Under the pieces are notes generated by a model that was not told where the DNA came from, did not search any database, and saw only the letters and a program-made list of their open reading frames with translations. Positions 10,109 to 20,903 of a stretch of 64,000 nt of DNA are shown in pieces. The position numbers were made by a program, and so were the translations under genes. Source of the DNA: Candidatus Cloacimonadales bacterium (GTDB lineage Bacteria > Cloacimonadota > Cloacimonadia > Cloacimonadales > JAFGVF01). The stretch covers positions 1,216,001 to 1,280,000 of the forward strand of contig OY782781.1 in NCBI GenBank assembly GCA_963678315.1, written 5' to 3'. The number at the start of each line of letters is the position of its first letter. The stretch's first letter is position 1.

Positions 10109-11980
10109 ATGAGTTTACACTTAATTGAATTACAGATTTTTGAAATAGGACTTTTAGTTTTTGCTGCCTATATGGGTGGAATAATTGCCAGAAAACTAAG
10201 GATTGGAGAAGTAATTGGTCAGATATTGGGTGGGGTCATAGTTGGACCGAACACTTTAAAACTGATAGATAACTTCTTAGTTAGTCATAGTTATCTTAGT
10301 AAATATCGTATTTTACAGCCACTCTACAGCTTTTATAATGACAGTTTCCAGTCTTTTGATTCTATGTATGTTGCCTATCAGGATACATATTCTCATATGC
10401 AGTTTTTTACATTCTTATTCTTAGGCTTAATTACTTTTTCATTAGGGGAAGAGTTACATTTAGAAAGAATGAAAAAAATAGGTTGGAGTGCTGCAATAAT
10501 AACATTAGTACAAGCTTTTGCAACAGTAGCATTAATCACAATCTCATTCCATTATATATTTGGTTTCCCTGTTATTATTGGGTTACTTCTAGGTTCTATT
10601 GGTGTGGCAACAGCTCCTGCACTATCTTTTATTTTGATGAATAAATTTAAAATTGAAGGAAACTTAAAAAATATTTTAGCGAATATAATAGTTCTCGATG
10701 ACTTAACAGAAGTTTTATTATTTTCTATCTTTTTAGGAATTGCTCCCTTTATAATCACAGGGGGAGAACTTTCTATCAGTCATTTGACTTTTCATGTAGT
10801 TGAAGAGATTGCAATGGCATTGCTGGTAGGTGCAGGAATATTTTTTGCTTTAAAATTAACCATAAAATCTAATGGTAGTGAAGATGACGAAGACTATTCT
10901 GAAGAAGGTTCTTCTTTATCAGCCGTACTATCAAATCATCCTACTCCATCAGTGGAAATACTATTCATAACCATAGGTATAATAGCGATGGGTATTGCTA
11001 CGGCAATTCATTATGATTTACCATTCTTGTTATCATCAATGTTTGCAGGTTTCTTGATATCTAACTATCATCACCAGGCAATCTTTGATTCTTTAAAAAT
11101 CAAGAACGTAATGCCAATATTTAATCTAATGTTCTTTGCCTTAATTGGTGCTTCAATAAATTTAGAACAATTCTCTATGCAAACTTTATCCTTTGTATTG
11201 GTATATGTTCTAGTAAGATCAGTTGGTAAATACTTTGGAACTTACCTAGGTTGTAAATTTACAGGACTTGATAAAAAAATCACTGCAACTGTTCCTAAAT
11301 TAATGCTTCCTCAAGCTGAACTAGCTGCTATTGAAACAATCATTGTAGCTAATACTTTGGGCAATATTCCAGAAAGTCAAAGCTTGGTAGCTACTGTTGT
11401 TCCAGCCTTAATCATTTTCCAACTTGGTGGAGCTTACTTATCAGAAAGAACACTTTTGCGTTGGAAATCATGGGTTACTGGGGAAGAAAAAGCTTATAGA
11501 AGTGAGATTCCTGTTGGTAAGGAGATGGAACTAAAATTCTTAATTGAAGATAGAATTGTTAGGCTTTCTCCAAATAGCAAGACAGAAGCAATTACTATGA
11601 TGGCTAATGAACTTAAAAGAAAGAATATAATAGCTGATACTGATGTGGTAACTAATGCAATATTTGAAAGAGAAATGTTGGCAACAACTGGAATTGGTAA
11701 AGGACTAGCTCTTCCGCATTGTAGGATTGCTAGTGTTGATAGAGTAATGGTAGTTTTAGCTTACTTTGATAAAGCAGTTGATTGGAACTCATTAGATAAC
11801 AAGGCTGTTGACTTAGCCTTTATGATTATTACACCTCAGGAATCACCAGAGCTACATCTACAGGCAATTAGTAAAATTAGTAAAGCAGTTAAAGAAATTA
11901 ACTTTAGAGAAATAATACAAGGAAACTCACCAGATAATTATGATGAGTTGTTAGGAGAAATGGAGGGACAAAGTGTTTGA
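10109..11980 (+). CDS. Cation:proton antiporter (CPA2-like) fused to a C-terminal PTS EIIA domain
   Basis: About 12 TM helices with ATAPA and VLDD motifs. The C-terminus has ERE...TTGIGKGLALPH (EIIA phospho-His). Confidence 0.88.
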   Translation: MSLHLIELQIFEIGLLVFAAYMGGIIARKLRIGEVIGQILGGVIVGPNTLKLIDNFLVSHSYLSKYRILQPLYSFYNDSFQSFDSMYVAYQDTYSHMQFFTFLFLGLITFSLGEELHLERMKKIGWSAAIITLVQAFATVALITISFHYIFGFPVIIGLLLGSIGVATAPALSFILMNKFKIEGNLKNILANIIVLDDLTEVLLFSIFLGIAPFIITGGELSISHLTFHVVEEIAMALLVGAGIFFALKLTIKSNGSEDDEDYSEEGSSLSAVLSNHPTPSVEILFITIGIIAMGIATAIHYDLPFLLSSMFAGFLISNYHHQAIFDSLKIKNVMPIFNLMFFALIGASINLEQFSMQTLSFVLVYVLVRSVGKYFGTYLGCKFTGLDKKITATVPKLMLPQAELAAIETIIVANTLGNIPESQSLVATVVPALIIFQLGGAYLSERTLLRWKSWVTGEEKAYRSEIPVGKEMELKFLIEDRIVRLSPNSKTEAITMMANELKRKNIIADTDVVTNAIFEREMLATTGIGKGLALPHCRIASVDRVMVVLAYFDKAVDWNSLDNKAVDLAFMIITPQESPELHLQAISKISKAVKEINFREIIQGNSPDNYDELLGEMEGQSV

Positions 11981-12596
11981 TAATTTAAAACTAAAGCATT
12001 ATCAAAAAAAGGGATACCAAGCATTAAATAAATCTCAATTAGAAAAGGCTATAAGCTATTTTGAGAAAGCGCTATTTATATCAGATAAAGCTGAAATCAT
12101 GTTTAATTATGCAGTAGCTTTATCGGGGTTAAGCAGGTATGAAGAAGCATATACTGTACTAAGAAAAATATTAGATATGTATGAAGATAATGAGATGGCA
12201 TTATCTATGATGGTATGGGTTTGTACTATGTTAAGAGAATGGGATAGAGCAATTTTCTATGTAGAAAAGATTATGCTTCAATATCCAACAAATACTGAAT
12301 TTGCTAGTATTTATGATATAATATATGATGAAGAAAAGAGAGAAACTTTTGTTTCAGTAAATGAAAGAATAAAGACTGCAGAAAGATTTAAATTGCAGAA
12401 AGATTACGATCAAGCAATAAAGATGTTGGAATCAGTAATTTCCTTAGATCCAACAAGAGCTTTAGCTTATCATAACATTGGAGCAATTTACCTTCTAAAA
12501 AAAGAAAAGACTAAAGCAAAAGAATATTTGCAAAAAGCAGTTGAACTTGCTCCTAAAAACAATGCCTTTAAAAAGAGTTTAAACAAAATAATATAA
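11973..12596 (+). CDS. TPR repeat protein
   Basis: TPR consensus helices (AISYFEKAL, AYHNIGAIY, YLQKAVELAP). Confidence 0.8.
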   Translation: MFDNLKLKHYQKKGYQALNKSQLEKAISYFEKALFISDKAEIMFNYAVALSGLSRYEEAYTVLRKILDMYEDNEMALSMMVWVCTMLREWDRAIFYVEKIMLQYPTNTEFASIYDIIYDEEKRETFVSVNERIKTAERFKLQKDYDQAIKMLESVISLDPTRALAYHNIGAIYLLKKEKTKAKEYLQKAVELAPKNNAFKKSLNKII

Positions 12597-12612
12597 GAAT
12601 AAATGAGGATCT

Positions 12613-13896
12613 ATGATAAGTAAAAGTGATATAATTGATATCTTAAAAGCTGACATTACTCCTGCTTTAGGCTGTACTGAGCCTGTTGCAATAGCATTAG
12701 CTACTGCCTATATAACCAGTGCTGTAACTGAAGAAATAGAAGAGCTTGAGGTTCTTTTAAGTCAGAACATTCTCAAGAATGCGATGGGAGTTGGTATTCC
12801 TGGAACAAGCGAAAGAGGAATCAAGCTTGCAACTGCTTTAGGTGCTGTCGCTGGGGTTCCAGAGATGCAACTAGAAGTTCTGAAGTTCGTTGATGAAATT
12901 AATATCAAGGAAGCTAAAGAACTTATTAATCGTGATGTTATTAAAGTTAAGTTAGCTGAGAATGATGAATTGTTCTGGATTGAAGTAAACATCAAAACCC
13001 AGAATCACACAGGAAGTGCTATCATTCAAGGTAAACACACAAATTTAATTCTTCTAAAGGTAGATGATGTAATTCTTCAAGAAAATAAACCTTACCTTTG
13101 TAAAGGATGTGTGGATAATATTCGTAGAAAGATGTCCTTCAATGATGTTTACGAATTAGTAAATACTATGACAGAAGAAGACTTATCATTCCTCAATGAA
13201 GTGATTGAGAAAAATTATCAAATTGCTAAACATGGCTTAGAAAGCCAAGCAGGTTACAAAATAGCCAATATCATGCAAGAAAATATCAAAAAAGGTATTC
13301 TTGGTGACGATATGGTTAATTATGCCACAATGATGACAGTGGCAGGTTCTGAGGCAAGAATGAGCGGATGCCAGTTACCTGCAATGGCTAATTCTGGGTC
13401 AGGAAATCAAGGCATAACTTTGACAGTTCCTATAGTTGCTAGTGGTGAAAAACTAAATTCTTCTAAGTTAGATATTCTCAAAGCAGTAGCTATTTCTCAT
13501 TTGATATCAATCCATGTTAAAACTTATTTCGGTGTACTTTCTGCAATATGTGGGATAGTTAATGCTACAATTGGGGTTGCATGCGGTGTAGTTTATCTTC
13601 TTGGTGGGAATATTGATAATATGAGAGCTGCTACTCAAGACGTAATTGGCGATATTTCAGGAATGATCTGTGATGGTGCTAAACTCGGATGTTCTCTAAA
13701 AGTCGCTACAGGTGTTAGAACTGCTATTAACAGTGCTGTTTTAGGAATGGCAGATATTCATGTTAATAGTTATGAAGGCATAAATGGAAATAATTGTGAA
13801 GAATCAATAACTAATCTAGGAAAGATAGTTGTTTCTGGTATGAAAGAAGTTGATAACACAATAATATCTATAATGCTTGCAAAAAATGAAATATAA
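12613..13896 (+). CDS. L-cysteine desulfidase / serine dehydratase alpha family (CyuA/YhaM-like)
   Basis: PALGCTEP, KNAMGVGIPG, ARMSG, NSGSGNQG, LSAICG, GMICDGAK.GC..K motifs. Confidence 0.88.
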   Translation: MISKSDIIDILKADITPALGCTEPVAIALATAYITSAVTEEIEELEVLLSQNILKNAMGVGIPGTSERGIKLATALGAVAGVPEMQLEVLKFVDEINIKEAKELINRDVIKVKLAENDELFWIEVNIKTQNHTGSAIIQGKHTNLILLKVDDVILQENKPYLCKGCVDNIRRKMSFNDVYELVNTMTEEDLSFLNEVIEKNYQIAKHGLESQAGYKIANIMQENIKKGILGDDMVNYATMMTVAGSEARMSGCQLPAMANSGSGNQGITLTVPIVASGEKLNSSKLDILKAVAISHLISIHVKTYFGVLSAICGIVNATIGVACGVVYLLGGNIDNMRAATQDVIGDISGMICDGAKLGCSLKVATGVRTAINSAVLGMADIHVNSYEGINGNNCEESITNLGKIVVSGMKEVDNTIISIMLAKNEI

Positions 13897-13921
13897 TTAA
13901 AAACAACAAAATACATATTAG

Positions 13922-15955
13922 ATGGAGATGGAAATGATTGACTTTGATTACAAAAAAGCTATTAAAGTAAAATTGTCAGACGAGTTACCAGCAAAATTGG
14001 AATTTGATCCAAGCAAAAGAAGAGCTCCAGATCGTGGACTCAATTTAACTAAATATGAAATTAAGATTGCCTTAAAGAATGCTCTTCGTTATGTGCCAGA
14101 ACACTTACATGAAGAAATAGCTCCTGAGTTTTTAGAAGAACTTAAAACTATGGGTAGAATCTATGGTTATAGATACAGACCACAAGGTGCTATTATTGGT
14201 AAAGCAATCGATGAGTATAAAGGCATTACAGCTGCTAAAGCTATGCAAGTTATGATTGATAACAATCTTGACTTTGATATTGCTTTGTATCCTTATGAAC
14301 TTGTGACCTATGGTGAAACAGGGCAGATCTTCCAAAACTGGATGCAATACCAACTTGTGAAGAAGTATCTTGAAATAATGACTGAAGACCAAACTCTTGT
14401 TGTTGCTTCAGGTCACCCAGTAGGTTTATTCCCTTCAAAACCTGAAGCTCCAAGAGTTATTAATACTAATGGACTTGTAATCGGTAAATGGGATAACCCA
14501 GAAGAATTCAAGAGATTAACTGCTCTTGGTGTTGCAAACTACGGACAAATGACTGCTGGTGGTTGGATGTATATCGGACCACAAGGCATTGTTCATGGTA
14601 CCTATATTACTCTACTTAATGCTGGAAGAAAATACTTAGGTTTAGCTGATGATAAAGATATTAGAGGTAAATTATTTGTTACTTCTGGATTAGGCGGAAT
14701 GTCTGGTGCACAACCAAAAGCATGTGAAATTGCTGGTGGTATCTGTGTAGTAGCTGAAGTAGATGAAAGTAGAATAGAAACACGTTATGAACAAGGCTGG
14801 GTAGCAAGAGTTTCTAATAACTTAGCAGAAATTGCTAACTGGATTGAAGAGTATAGAATAAAAGAAGAACCAGTATCAATTGCTTACCATGGTAATATTG
14901 TTGATTTATTAGAATACATTGATGAACATAATATTAAAGCTGAATTAGTATCAGACCAAACATCATGCCACGCTGTTTATGATGGTGGTTACACTCCAGC
15001 TGGTATTGGCTTCGATGAAGGTAGAGAATTGATTACGAAAGATCTTGCTAAATTCAAGCAACTAGTTGATGAATCACTTGTTAGACACTTCCATGTTCTT
15101 CAAAGATTAACAGCTAAAGGTTCATTCTTCTGGGATTATGGTAATAGCTTTATGGCTTCAATCTTTGATGCTGGTGCAAAAGAGATTGCTAAGAATGGAA
15201 TGAACACTAATGAAGGATTCATTTGGCCTTCTTATGTAGAAGATATTATGGGACCTATCTGTTTTGATAATGGTTATGGACCTTTCAGATGGGTATGTTT
15301 ATCTAGAAAAGACCAAGATTTAAGAACAACTGATAAAATTGCTATGGACTGCATAGATCCAGAAAGATGTTCTCAAGACAGAGATAACTATCACTGGATA
15401 GCTACAGCTGAAGAAAATAAGCTTGTTGTTGGCACAAAAGCTAGAATTCTATATGCTGACGAAGAAGGTCGTGTAAGAATCGCCTTGAAATTCAATGAAG
15501 CAATCAGAAAAGGTATCATTGGGCCAGTAATGCTTGGTAGAGATCATCATGATGTATCAGGAACTGATTCTCCTTTCAGAGAAACATCTAACATTTATGA
15601 TGGTTCAAACGTAATGGCTGATATGGCGACTCATTGTTTTGGTGGTAATATAGCTAGAGGAATGTCTTTAGTTGTTCTATCAAATGGTGGTGGAGTTGGT
15701 ATCGGTCGTTCAATCAACGGTGGTAATGGTATTGTTCTTGATGGTTCTGCAAGAATGGATAATATCATTAAAAGTGCTCTCTCATGGGATGTTATGGGTG
15801 GTGTTGCTCGTAGAAACTGGGCTAGAAATGACAACGCTATCAAGACTTCAACAGAATGGAATCAAAAACATGAAGGAAGAGGTCATATAACTATACCTTA
15901 CTTAGCTAATGATGAATTAGTTGACAAGTTAGTAGATGATAATATAGATGAATAA
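13922..15955 (+). CDS. hutU: Urocanate hydratase (long form)
   Basis: YGQMTAGGWMYIGPQGIVHG, SDQTSCH, GRDHHDVSGTDSPFRET motifs. Confidence 0.96.
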   Translation: MEMEMIDFDYKKAIKVKLSDELPAKLEFDPSKRRAPDRGLNLTKYEIKIALKNALRYVPEHLHEEIAPEFLEELKTMGRIYGYRYRPQGAIIGKAIDEYKGITAAKAMQVMIDNNLDFDIALYPYELVTYGETGQIFQNWMQYQLVKKYLEIMTEDQTLVVASGHPVGLFPSKPEAPRVINTNGLVIGKWDNPEEFKRLTALGVANYGQMTAGGWMYIGPQGIVHGTYITLLNAGRKYLGLADDKDIRGKLFVTSGLGGMSGAQPKACEIAGGICVVAEVDESRIETRYEQGWVARVSNNLAEIANWIEEYRIKEEPVSIAYHGNIVDLLEYIDEHNIKAELVSDQTSCHAVYDGGYTPAGIGFDEGRELITKDLAKFKQLVDESLVRHFHVLQRLTAKGSFFWDYGNSFMASIFDAGAKEIAKNGMNTNEGFIWPSYVEDIMGPICFDNGYGPFRWVCLSRKDQDLRTTDKIAMDCIDPERCSQDRDNYHWIATAEENKLVVGTKARILYADEEGRVRIALKFNEAIRKGIIGPVMLGRDHHDVSGTDSPFRETSNIYDGSNVMADMATHCFGGNIARGMSLVVLSNGGGVGIGRSINGGNGIVLDGSARMDNIIKSALSWDVMGGVARRNWARNDNAIKTSTEWNQKHEGRGHITIPYLANDELVDKLVDDNIDE

Positions 15956-15964
15956 TATAGTATA

Positions 15965-15991
15965 GAGGGTGAGCAATCACCCTCGTTTTTT
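15965..15991 (+). terminator. Intrinsic terminator after hutU
   Basis: GAGGGTGA-GCAA-TCACCCTC followed by a T-tract. Confidence 0.8.
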
Positions 15992-16022
15992 CGAAACATG
16001 TTTTGTTAAGAAAGGAGTTAGA

Positions 16023-17396
16023 ATGAATAATAAGATAGACGATATTGAAAAGAAAATGGCTTCAGCAGGTTTGAATGATGAAGTTATAAGAACCTTTTCA
16101 AAATACTATTCTCAGCTAGTTGAGGGGAATACTGGCAAATTATCTAATGAGGATATTGATGCACCTAACCGCAGAAACTTAGTTATGTATGAGAATTTAA
16201 ATGAAGTAGATGATAGCTTACTTGATTCTCTAGCTGTTATCAAGTTAAACGGTGGTTTGGGGACCAGTATGGGGCTTGATAGAGCTAAATCTTTACTTCA
16301 AGTAAAAGGTGATATGACTTTCTTGGATATCTTGTCAAGACAGATTCTATCTCTGAGAAATAAATATAGCTGTCAGACACCTTTAATCTTCATGAATAGT
16401 TATAATACCCAAGCAGACACCTTGGAACTATTGGCTAATTATAAAGAATTAAAAATTTCGAATCTACCTTTAGATTTTCTTCAAAATATGTTTCCAAGAA
16501 TTAAAAGAGATGACTTCACTGCACTAAATTTAGAAGACGATAACTCTAATTGGAATCCACCTGGCCATGGTGATATTTATGGTGCACTAAACAGCTCAGG
16601 AATATTAGACCAACTTATTGATAAAGGCATCAAGTATGCTTTTATTTCTAATTCTGATAATCTAGGAGCTATTGTAGATCAGAAAATACTTAGCTACATG
16701 GCAAGTAATGATGTTCCTTTCATCATGGAAGTATGTAAAAGAACAGAAATGGATAAAAAAGGTGGGCATCTTGCTCAAACTAAGGAAGGTAACTTAATAT
16801 TAAGGGAAGTAGCCCAATGTCCAGAAGATGAGATTGAGGAATTCCAAGATATCAGGAAGTTTAGCTATTTCAATACAAATAACTTATGGGTTAACTTAGA
16901 GGCACTTAAACAAACATTAGAACTAAACAACAATGTCTTAGAATTACCACTAATTATCAATCCAAAGATAGTTGAAGAAACACCAGTTTACCAAATTGAA
17001 ACTGCTATGGGTGCTGCAATCAATGTTTTTGAAGGAGCTAAAGCTCTTGTAGTTCCTAGATCAAGATTCGCTCCTGTTAAAAAAACTAATGACCTGCTTT
17101 TAATATGGTCTGATCTCTACAAACTTAATAGTTCTTATCAAATAGTTCTTACAGAAGGTGTAGAAAAGATTCCAGTTATTGACCTTGACCCAGAATATTA
17201 TAAGACTGTTCAACAACTTACTAATCACTTTAAAGATGTCCCTTCTCTAATTCAATGTACAAGCTTACAAGTTAAAGGAAATGTATTCTTTGGTAAGAAT
17301 GTTCTAATGAGAGGAGATGTAGTTATCGAATCAGAAGAAAAAGAACGTATTTCAGACACAATCTATGATGGATCTAATCCTTCATACTTAGCTTAA
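16023..17396 (+). CDS. UTP--glucose-1-phosphate uridylyltransferase (UDPGP / eukaryote-like family)
   Basis: KLNGGLGTSMG, WNPPGHGD, SNSDNLGA, RFAPVK motifs. Start moved to the ATG behind an AGGAG RBS. Confidence 0.92.
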   Translation: MNNKIDDIEKKMASAGLNDEVIRTFSKYYSQLVEGNTGKLSNEDIDAPNRRNLVMYENLNEVDDSLLDSLAVIKLNGGLGTSMGLDRAKSLLQVKGDMTFLDILSRQILSLRNKYSCQTPLIFMNSYNTQADTLELLANYKELKISNLPLDFLQNMFPRIKRDDFTALNLEDDNSNWNPPGHGDIYGALNSSGILDQLIDKGIKYAFISNSDNLGAIVDQKILSYMASNDVPFIMEVCKRTEMDKKGGHLAQTKEGNLILREVAQCPEDEIEEFQDIRKFSYFNTNNLWVNLEALKQTLELNNNVLELPLIINPKIVEETPVYQIETAMGAAINVFEGAKALVVPRSRFAPVKKTNDLLLIWSDLYKLNSSYQIVLTEGVEKIPVIDLDPEYYKTVQQLTNHFKDVPSLIQCTSLQVKGNVFFGKNVLMRGDVVIESEEKERISDTIYDGSNPSYLA

Positions 17397-17405
17397 GGAG
17401 TTATT

Positions 17406-17801
17406 ATGCCTCTCTTGTTTATAAGTCCAGATGAGATAGTTGATTTAATCGAAAAGAAAACAAGTTCTACTGCTGTTTTTAAGAGTATTTCTGCAAATGC
17501 AAATACCTTTAGAATTGTCCTTAAAATAGACAAAGTACCTTTAGACATTAAACTTAATATTCAATTCGATACTTTTATGCAAGGAATGGCATATTTAAAT
17601 TATTCAAGCACTATTCCAGCTATGTTTGTTAATATGTTTAAAAACTATATATCGGAAAAAACTCATGGTAATATTCAAATAGTTAAAAATCAAATTAACA
17701 TTAATATAAATGAGTTAATCTCATCATACAATGATGATATTGATATAAAATCATTGAAGTTTGATAATGGAGTTTATCAGATTGAATTCAGTATGTGTTG
17801 A
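17406..17801 (+). CDS. Hypothetical protein
   Basis: ORF with AGGAG RBS, downstream of the UGPase. No recognised motif. Confidence 0.6.
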   Translation: MPLLFISPDEIVDLIEKKTSSTAVFKSISANANTFRIVLKIDKVPLDIKLNIQFDTFMQGMAYLNYSSTIPAMFVNMFKNYISEKTHGNIQIVKNQINININELISSYNDDIDIKSLKFDNGVYQIEFSMC

Positions 17802-17906
17802 TAAAAGGTAATATTAAGAAAATTTTAGTGCTTACAGTTCTCTGTAAGCCTTTTTTTATGAAGAAAGCTCTTGTATCTTTATGTTTACCTCTTGCAATCC
17901 TCAAGT

Positions 17907-18410
17907 GCCTCCTGCATTAATTAACCTTTTTATGCAGGTGGGGCAAGGGCAAGAAGGCAGTAAAGAATTAGGAGTTAGGGGTACTTGGATCACCAGCCTC
18001 CGTGCTGGCTTCACTTAGAAGCTAGTGATAAGTGAATATGTAGAGAGACGAGCGGATGTTCGTCTGTTATGGGTTGCAAGCATCCCTGCTTGCGAAATAT
18101 CATTCATTACGAATGATGTTCATATATGTCCTCTTAAATCATTCAGAAATGATTTAAGATGTGCATTCAGGGATGAATGCACTCCATAAAACCCCCGAAG
18201 GGGTGGTATATACTAGCATGGAGGCTTGCCCTCCATGTTCAATGATATAAAAGTTTTAGTCCCGAAGGGACGTAATATACTAAGCATGGAGGCTTGCCCT
18301 CCATGTAATAGTTAAAAATAAAAAAGCCCTGAAAGGGCGACATAAAGGCTAAGCTTTATCTGCAAACAGAGAAGTTTACCACGAAAAGCACGAATAACAC
18401 GAAAAACAGT
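17907..18410. repeat. Composite cluster of REP-like palindromes
   Basis: Many short hairpins: GCAAGCATCCCTGCTTGC, GTGCATTCAGGGATGAATGCAC, CCCCGAAGGGG, two copies of CATGGAGGCTTGCCCTCCATG, GCCCTGAAAGGGC. These motifs recur at 30.5 kb and 60 kb. Confidence 0.8.
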
Positions 18411-18443
18411 CAAATTATTTAGGACTGGACACTCACCAATTGC

Positions 18444-20903
18444 TTAATACATATACCTACTAAGTAATCCTATTAATTCTTTTTTCTCAATTGGTTTAGT
18501 TATAAAATCATCACAACCCGCTTCATATAACTTACTACGCTCATTATCAGAACTAAAAGCAGTCTGTGCAATAATTGGTACTTTAGTGTTAAATCCTCTA
18601 ATCTTTTCAGTAGCTTGGAATCCATTCATGACAGGCATTTGGATATCCATTAGTATCAAATCGAAATTTTGTTCTTTAGATTTATTTACTGCTTCTAGTC
18701 CATTATTTGCAAATTCAAGGTTAACATCAATACCTCTGAAGATTGCTTTAAAGAATTTAATGATATGGACAGTATCGTCAACGATTAGTATAGTCTTTCC
18801 TTTCCACAGTTTATTAGCTTCATCCATTGAAGTGATTTTATAGCGAGTAGATTTAGCTTGATCAATCTCAGAAAGCTCAACGACCTTTACCTGTCCTGGA
18901 ATCTGGAACATGAAAGAGGTACCTTTGCCAAAATCAGAATCTACAACTATTTTACCACCAAGACGGGCTACAATGTTTGAACTGATAGTTAAACCAACCC
19001 CGATACCACCGTATTGACGAGTGTAAGAACCATTAGCTTGTTTAAACATATCGAAGATAACAGCTTTTTGTTCTTTTTCAATACCTATTCCAGTATCTAT
19101 GATATAAAATAATATTTGATTCAGGGAAGTAACTTGAAAACCAATTTCAATTGACCCTTCATGAGTGAATTTAACAGCATTACTGATTAAACTTTGCAAG
19201 ACTTGAGTTAAGTTGTTTTCATCAGAATCGAAGAAGATATTAGTATCTCTTGGAATATTAACCTTAAACTCAATGTTTTTCAACTTGCTATCATGCTCAG
19301 CAAGTGTACTTTCTGCAATGTTATTAAAAAGGTCGGTGAGAGAGAACATATTTTTTACAATAGCAATATTATCACCTTCAATCTTAGAAGCAGTTATAAC
19401 ATTGTCCATCTGTCTTTTTAATCGTTTAGCACCTTCATAGATCATTCTAATCTTATCATCTCTATCTTGAACAGAAATGCTTTTGTCATCATTGAGTAGT
19501 TGTGCAAATCCATAAACTGCATTAAGTGGTGTTCTTAATTCATGTGATACATTAGCTAGAAACTCAGATTTTAATGTTTCTGCAGACTTTTGAGCTTTGA
19601 CAGCCTCTTCAAGCTTTTTTTCTTTCTCGAATTGTTGAGTCACATCACGATTAACGCAGAGAATTGCATCAACTTTATTGTTGAAAAGTATTGGTATCTT
19701 ATTATGTTCTAACTTAATAAGCTCATTTGTAAGTGATTTAAACTCTACAATACCAGGGGAATATGGCTGAACAGAGTCTTTAACTACAGAATCAGTTATA
19801 TTGTATCTATCAGCTTGATCTTTGGGGAATATTTCTTGGTCAGTCAAGCCTATAGCTGAACTTCTCGAAACTCCACTGATTCTTTCAAATTCTTTGTTCC
19901 AGATTTCATAAACTCCGTTTTTTCCATTTTTTACAGTAATACCAATAGGGATATTTTCAATTAACTTCTCAAGAAAACTATTGTGACGACCATGCTCCAG
20001 CTCAAGAATCTTGTGATCTGTAATATCAATCATAAAACCTTGAATTCTATTGCCACAACGTCTATAATTACATGATACCCAAAACTCAGATTTACCATTG
20101 TTTATTGTCTTAACATCGTGATTATAGCTAATTTTTTCCTCAGAGTTCTGAATACTCTTATAAAAGTCAGGATTATCTTCAATACTAATTAAATCAGTAA
20201 CTTTCTTAGTGTACAAAATATGTTCAGAGGGCATATTGAAGAAATGGAAAGCATCTCTTGTTAGAAAACTAAATTTATAGCTATCCATATCAAAAACAAA
20301 GCAAAAAGACATTGGGCGTAAATTAAATTTATCAAGATTATATTGATTATCTAATTGTGCTTTATAAATAGTTTTTATACTATAAGAAATTACAGCAGAG
20401 ACCTTTTTAGCAATTTCAAAATGGGTATTATTCCAATCTATGGTCTTAGATGAGTTGGTAAAACCAAACAAACCACCGAAAGCACCTTCTATATAAATTG
20501 GTTTTACAAGTAATGATTTAATCTTGAATTTCTTAAAACTGTCGATTTCATTGACTGCTTCTTTAGGTATTTCATCAATACAACTAACATAATGTATATT
20601 ATCATTAGAAATTCTTTGTAATAACCAACTTAAGTTAGCAATATTAAAAGAATTGTTAAAATCTGGAAGAGATTCATTAATGCGATTGTTCCAAACTAAT
20701 GAAAAGTTGCACATAGCATGATTATCAAAGAATCTACAAAAACATCTATCAATGTCTAATTCCTCAGTAATCTCCTTAAATATCAGTTGCAATCTTTCTT
20801 TAAAAATATCAATATTGTTCTCAAAATCAGTAACTGCAAAATCTAATAACTTCTGGTCTATTGACATTTGTGAATCCCTTAAAACTATTTTATCCAAAAA
20901 CAC
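18444..20903 (-). CDS. Hybrid sensor histidine kinase/response regulator (GAF-PAS-HisKA-HATPase-REC)
   Basis: SHELRTPLN H-box, NAVKFT, DTGIGI, G.GVGL, and a receiver domain with IVDD, DLILMDIQMP and KP. The start codon is uncertain. Confidence 0.93.
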   Translation of the reverse strand: MFLDKIVLRDSQMSIDQKLLDFAVTDFENNIDIFKERLQLIFKEITEELDIDRCFCRFFDNHAMCNFSLVWNNRINESLPDFNNSFNIANLSWLLQRISNDNIHYVSCIDEIPKEAVNEIDSFKKFKIKSLLVKPIYIEGAFGGLFGFTNSSKTIDWNNTHFEIAKKVSAVISYSIKTIYKAQLDNQYNLDKFNLRPMSFCFVFDMDSYKFSFLTRDAFHFFNMPSEHILYTKKVTDLISIEDNPDFYKSIQNSEEKISYNHDVKTINNGKSEFWVSCNYRRCGNRIQGFMIDITDHKILELEHGRHNSFLEKLIENIPIGITVKNGKNGVYEIWNKEFERISGVSRSSAIGLTDQEIFPKDQADRYNITDSVVKDSVQPYSPGIVEFKSLTNELIKLEHNKIPILFNNKVDAILCVNRDVTQQFEKEKKLEEAVKAQKSAETLKSEFLANVSHELRTPLNAVYGFAQLLNDDKSISVQDRDDKIRMIYEGAKRLKRQMDNVITASKIEGDNIAIVKNMFSLTDLFNNIAESTLAEHDSKLKNIEFKVNIPRDTNIFFDSDENNLTQVLQSLISNAVKFTHEGSIEIGFQVTSLNQILFYIIDTGIGIEKEQKAVIFDMFKQANGSYTRQYGGIGVGLTISSNIVARLGGKIVVDSDFGKGTSFMFQIPGQVKVVELSEIDQAKSTRYKITSMDEANKLWKGKTILIVDDTVHIIKFFKAIFRGIDVNLEFANNGLEAVNKSKEQNFDLILMDIQMPVMNGFQATEKIRGFNTKVPIIAQTAFSSDNERSKLYEAGCDDFITKPIEKKELIGLLSRYMY

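Noticed and set aside
17907..18410. Possible CRISPR array or integron attC sites among the hairpins
   Set aside because: There is no constant repeat with regular unique spacers, no cas or intI gene, and no cassette-like gene arrangement. REP-like elements explain it better.
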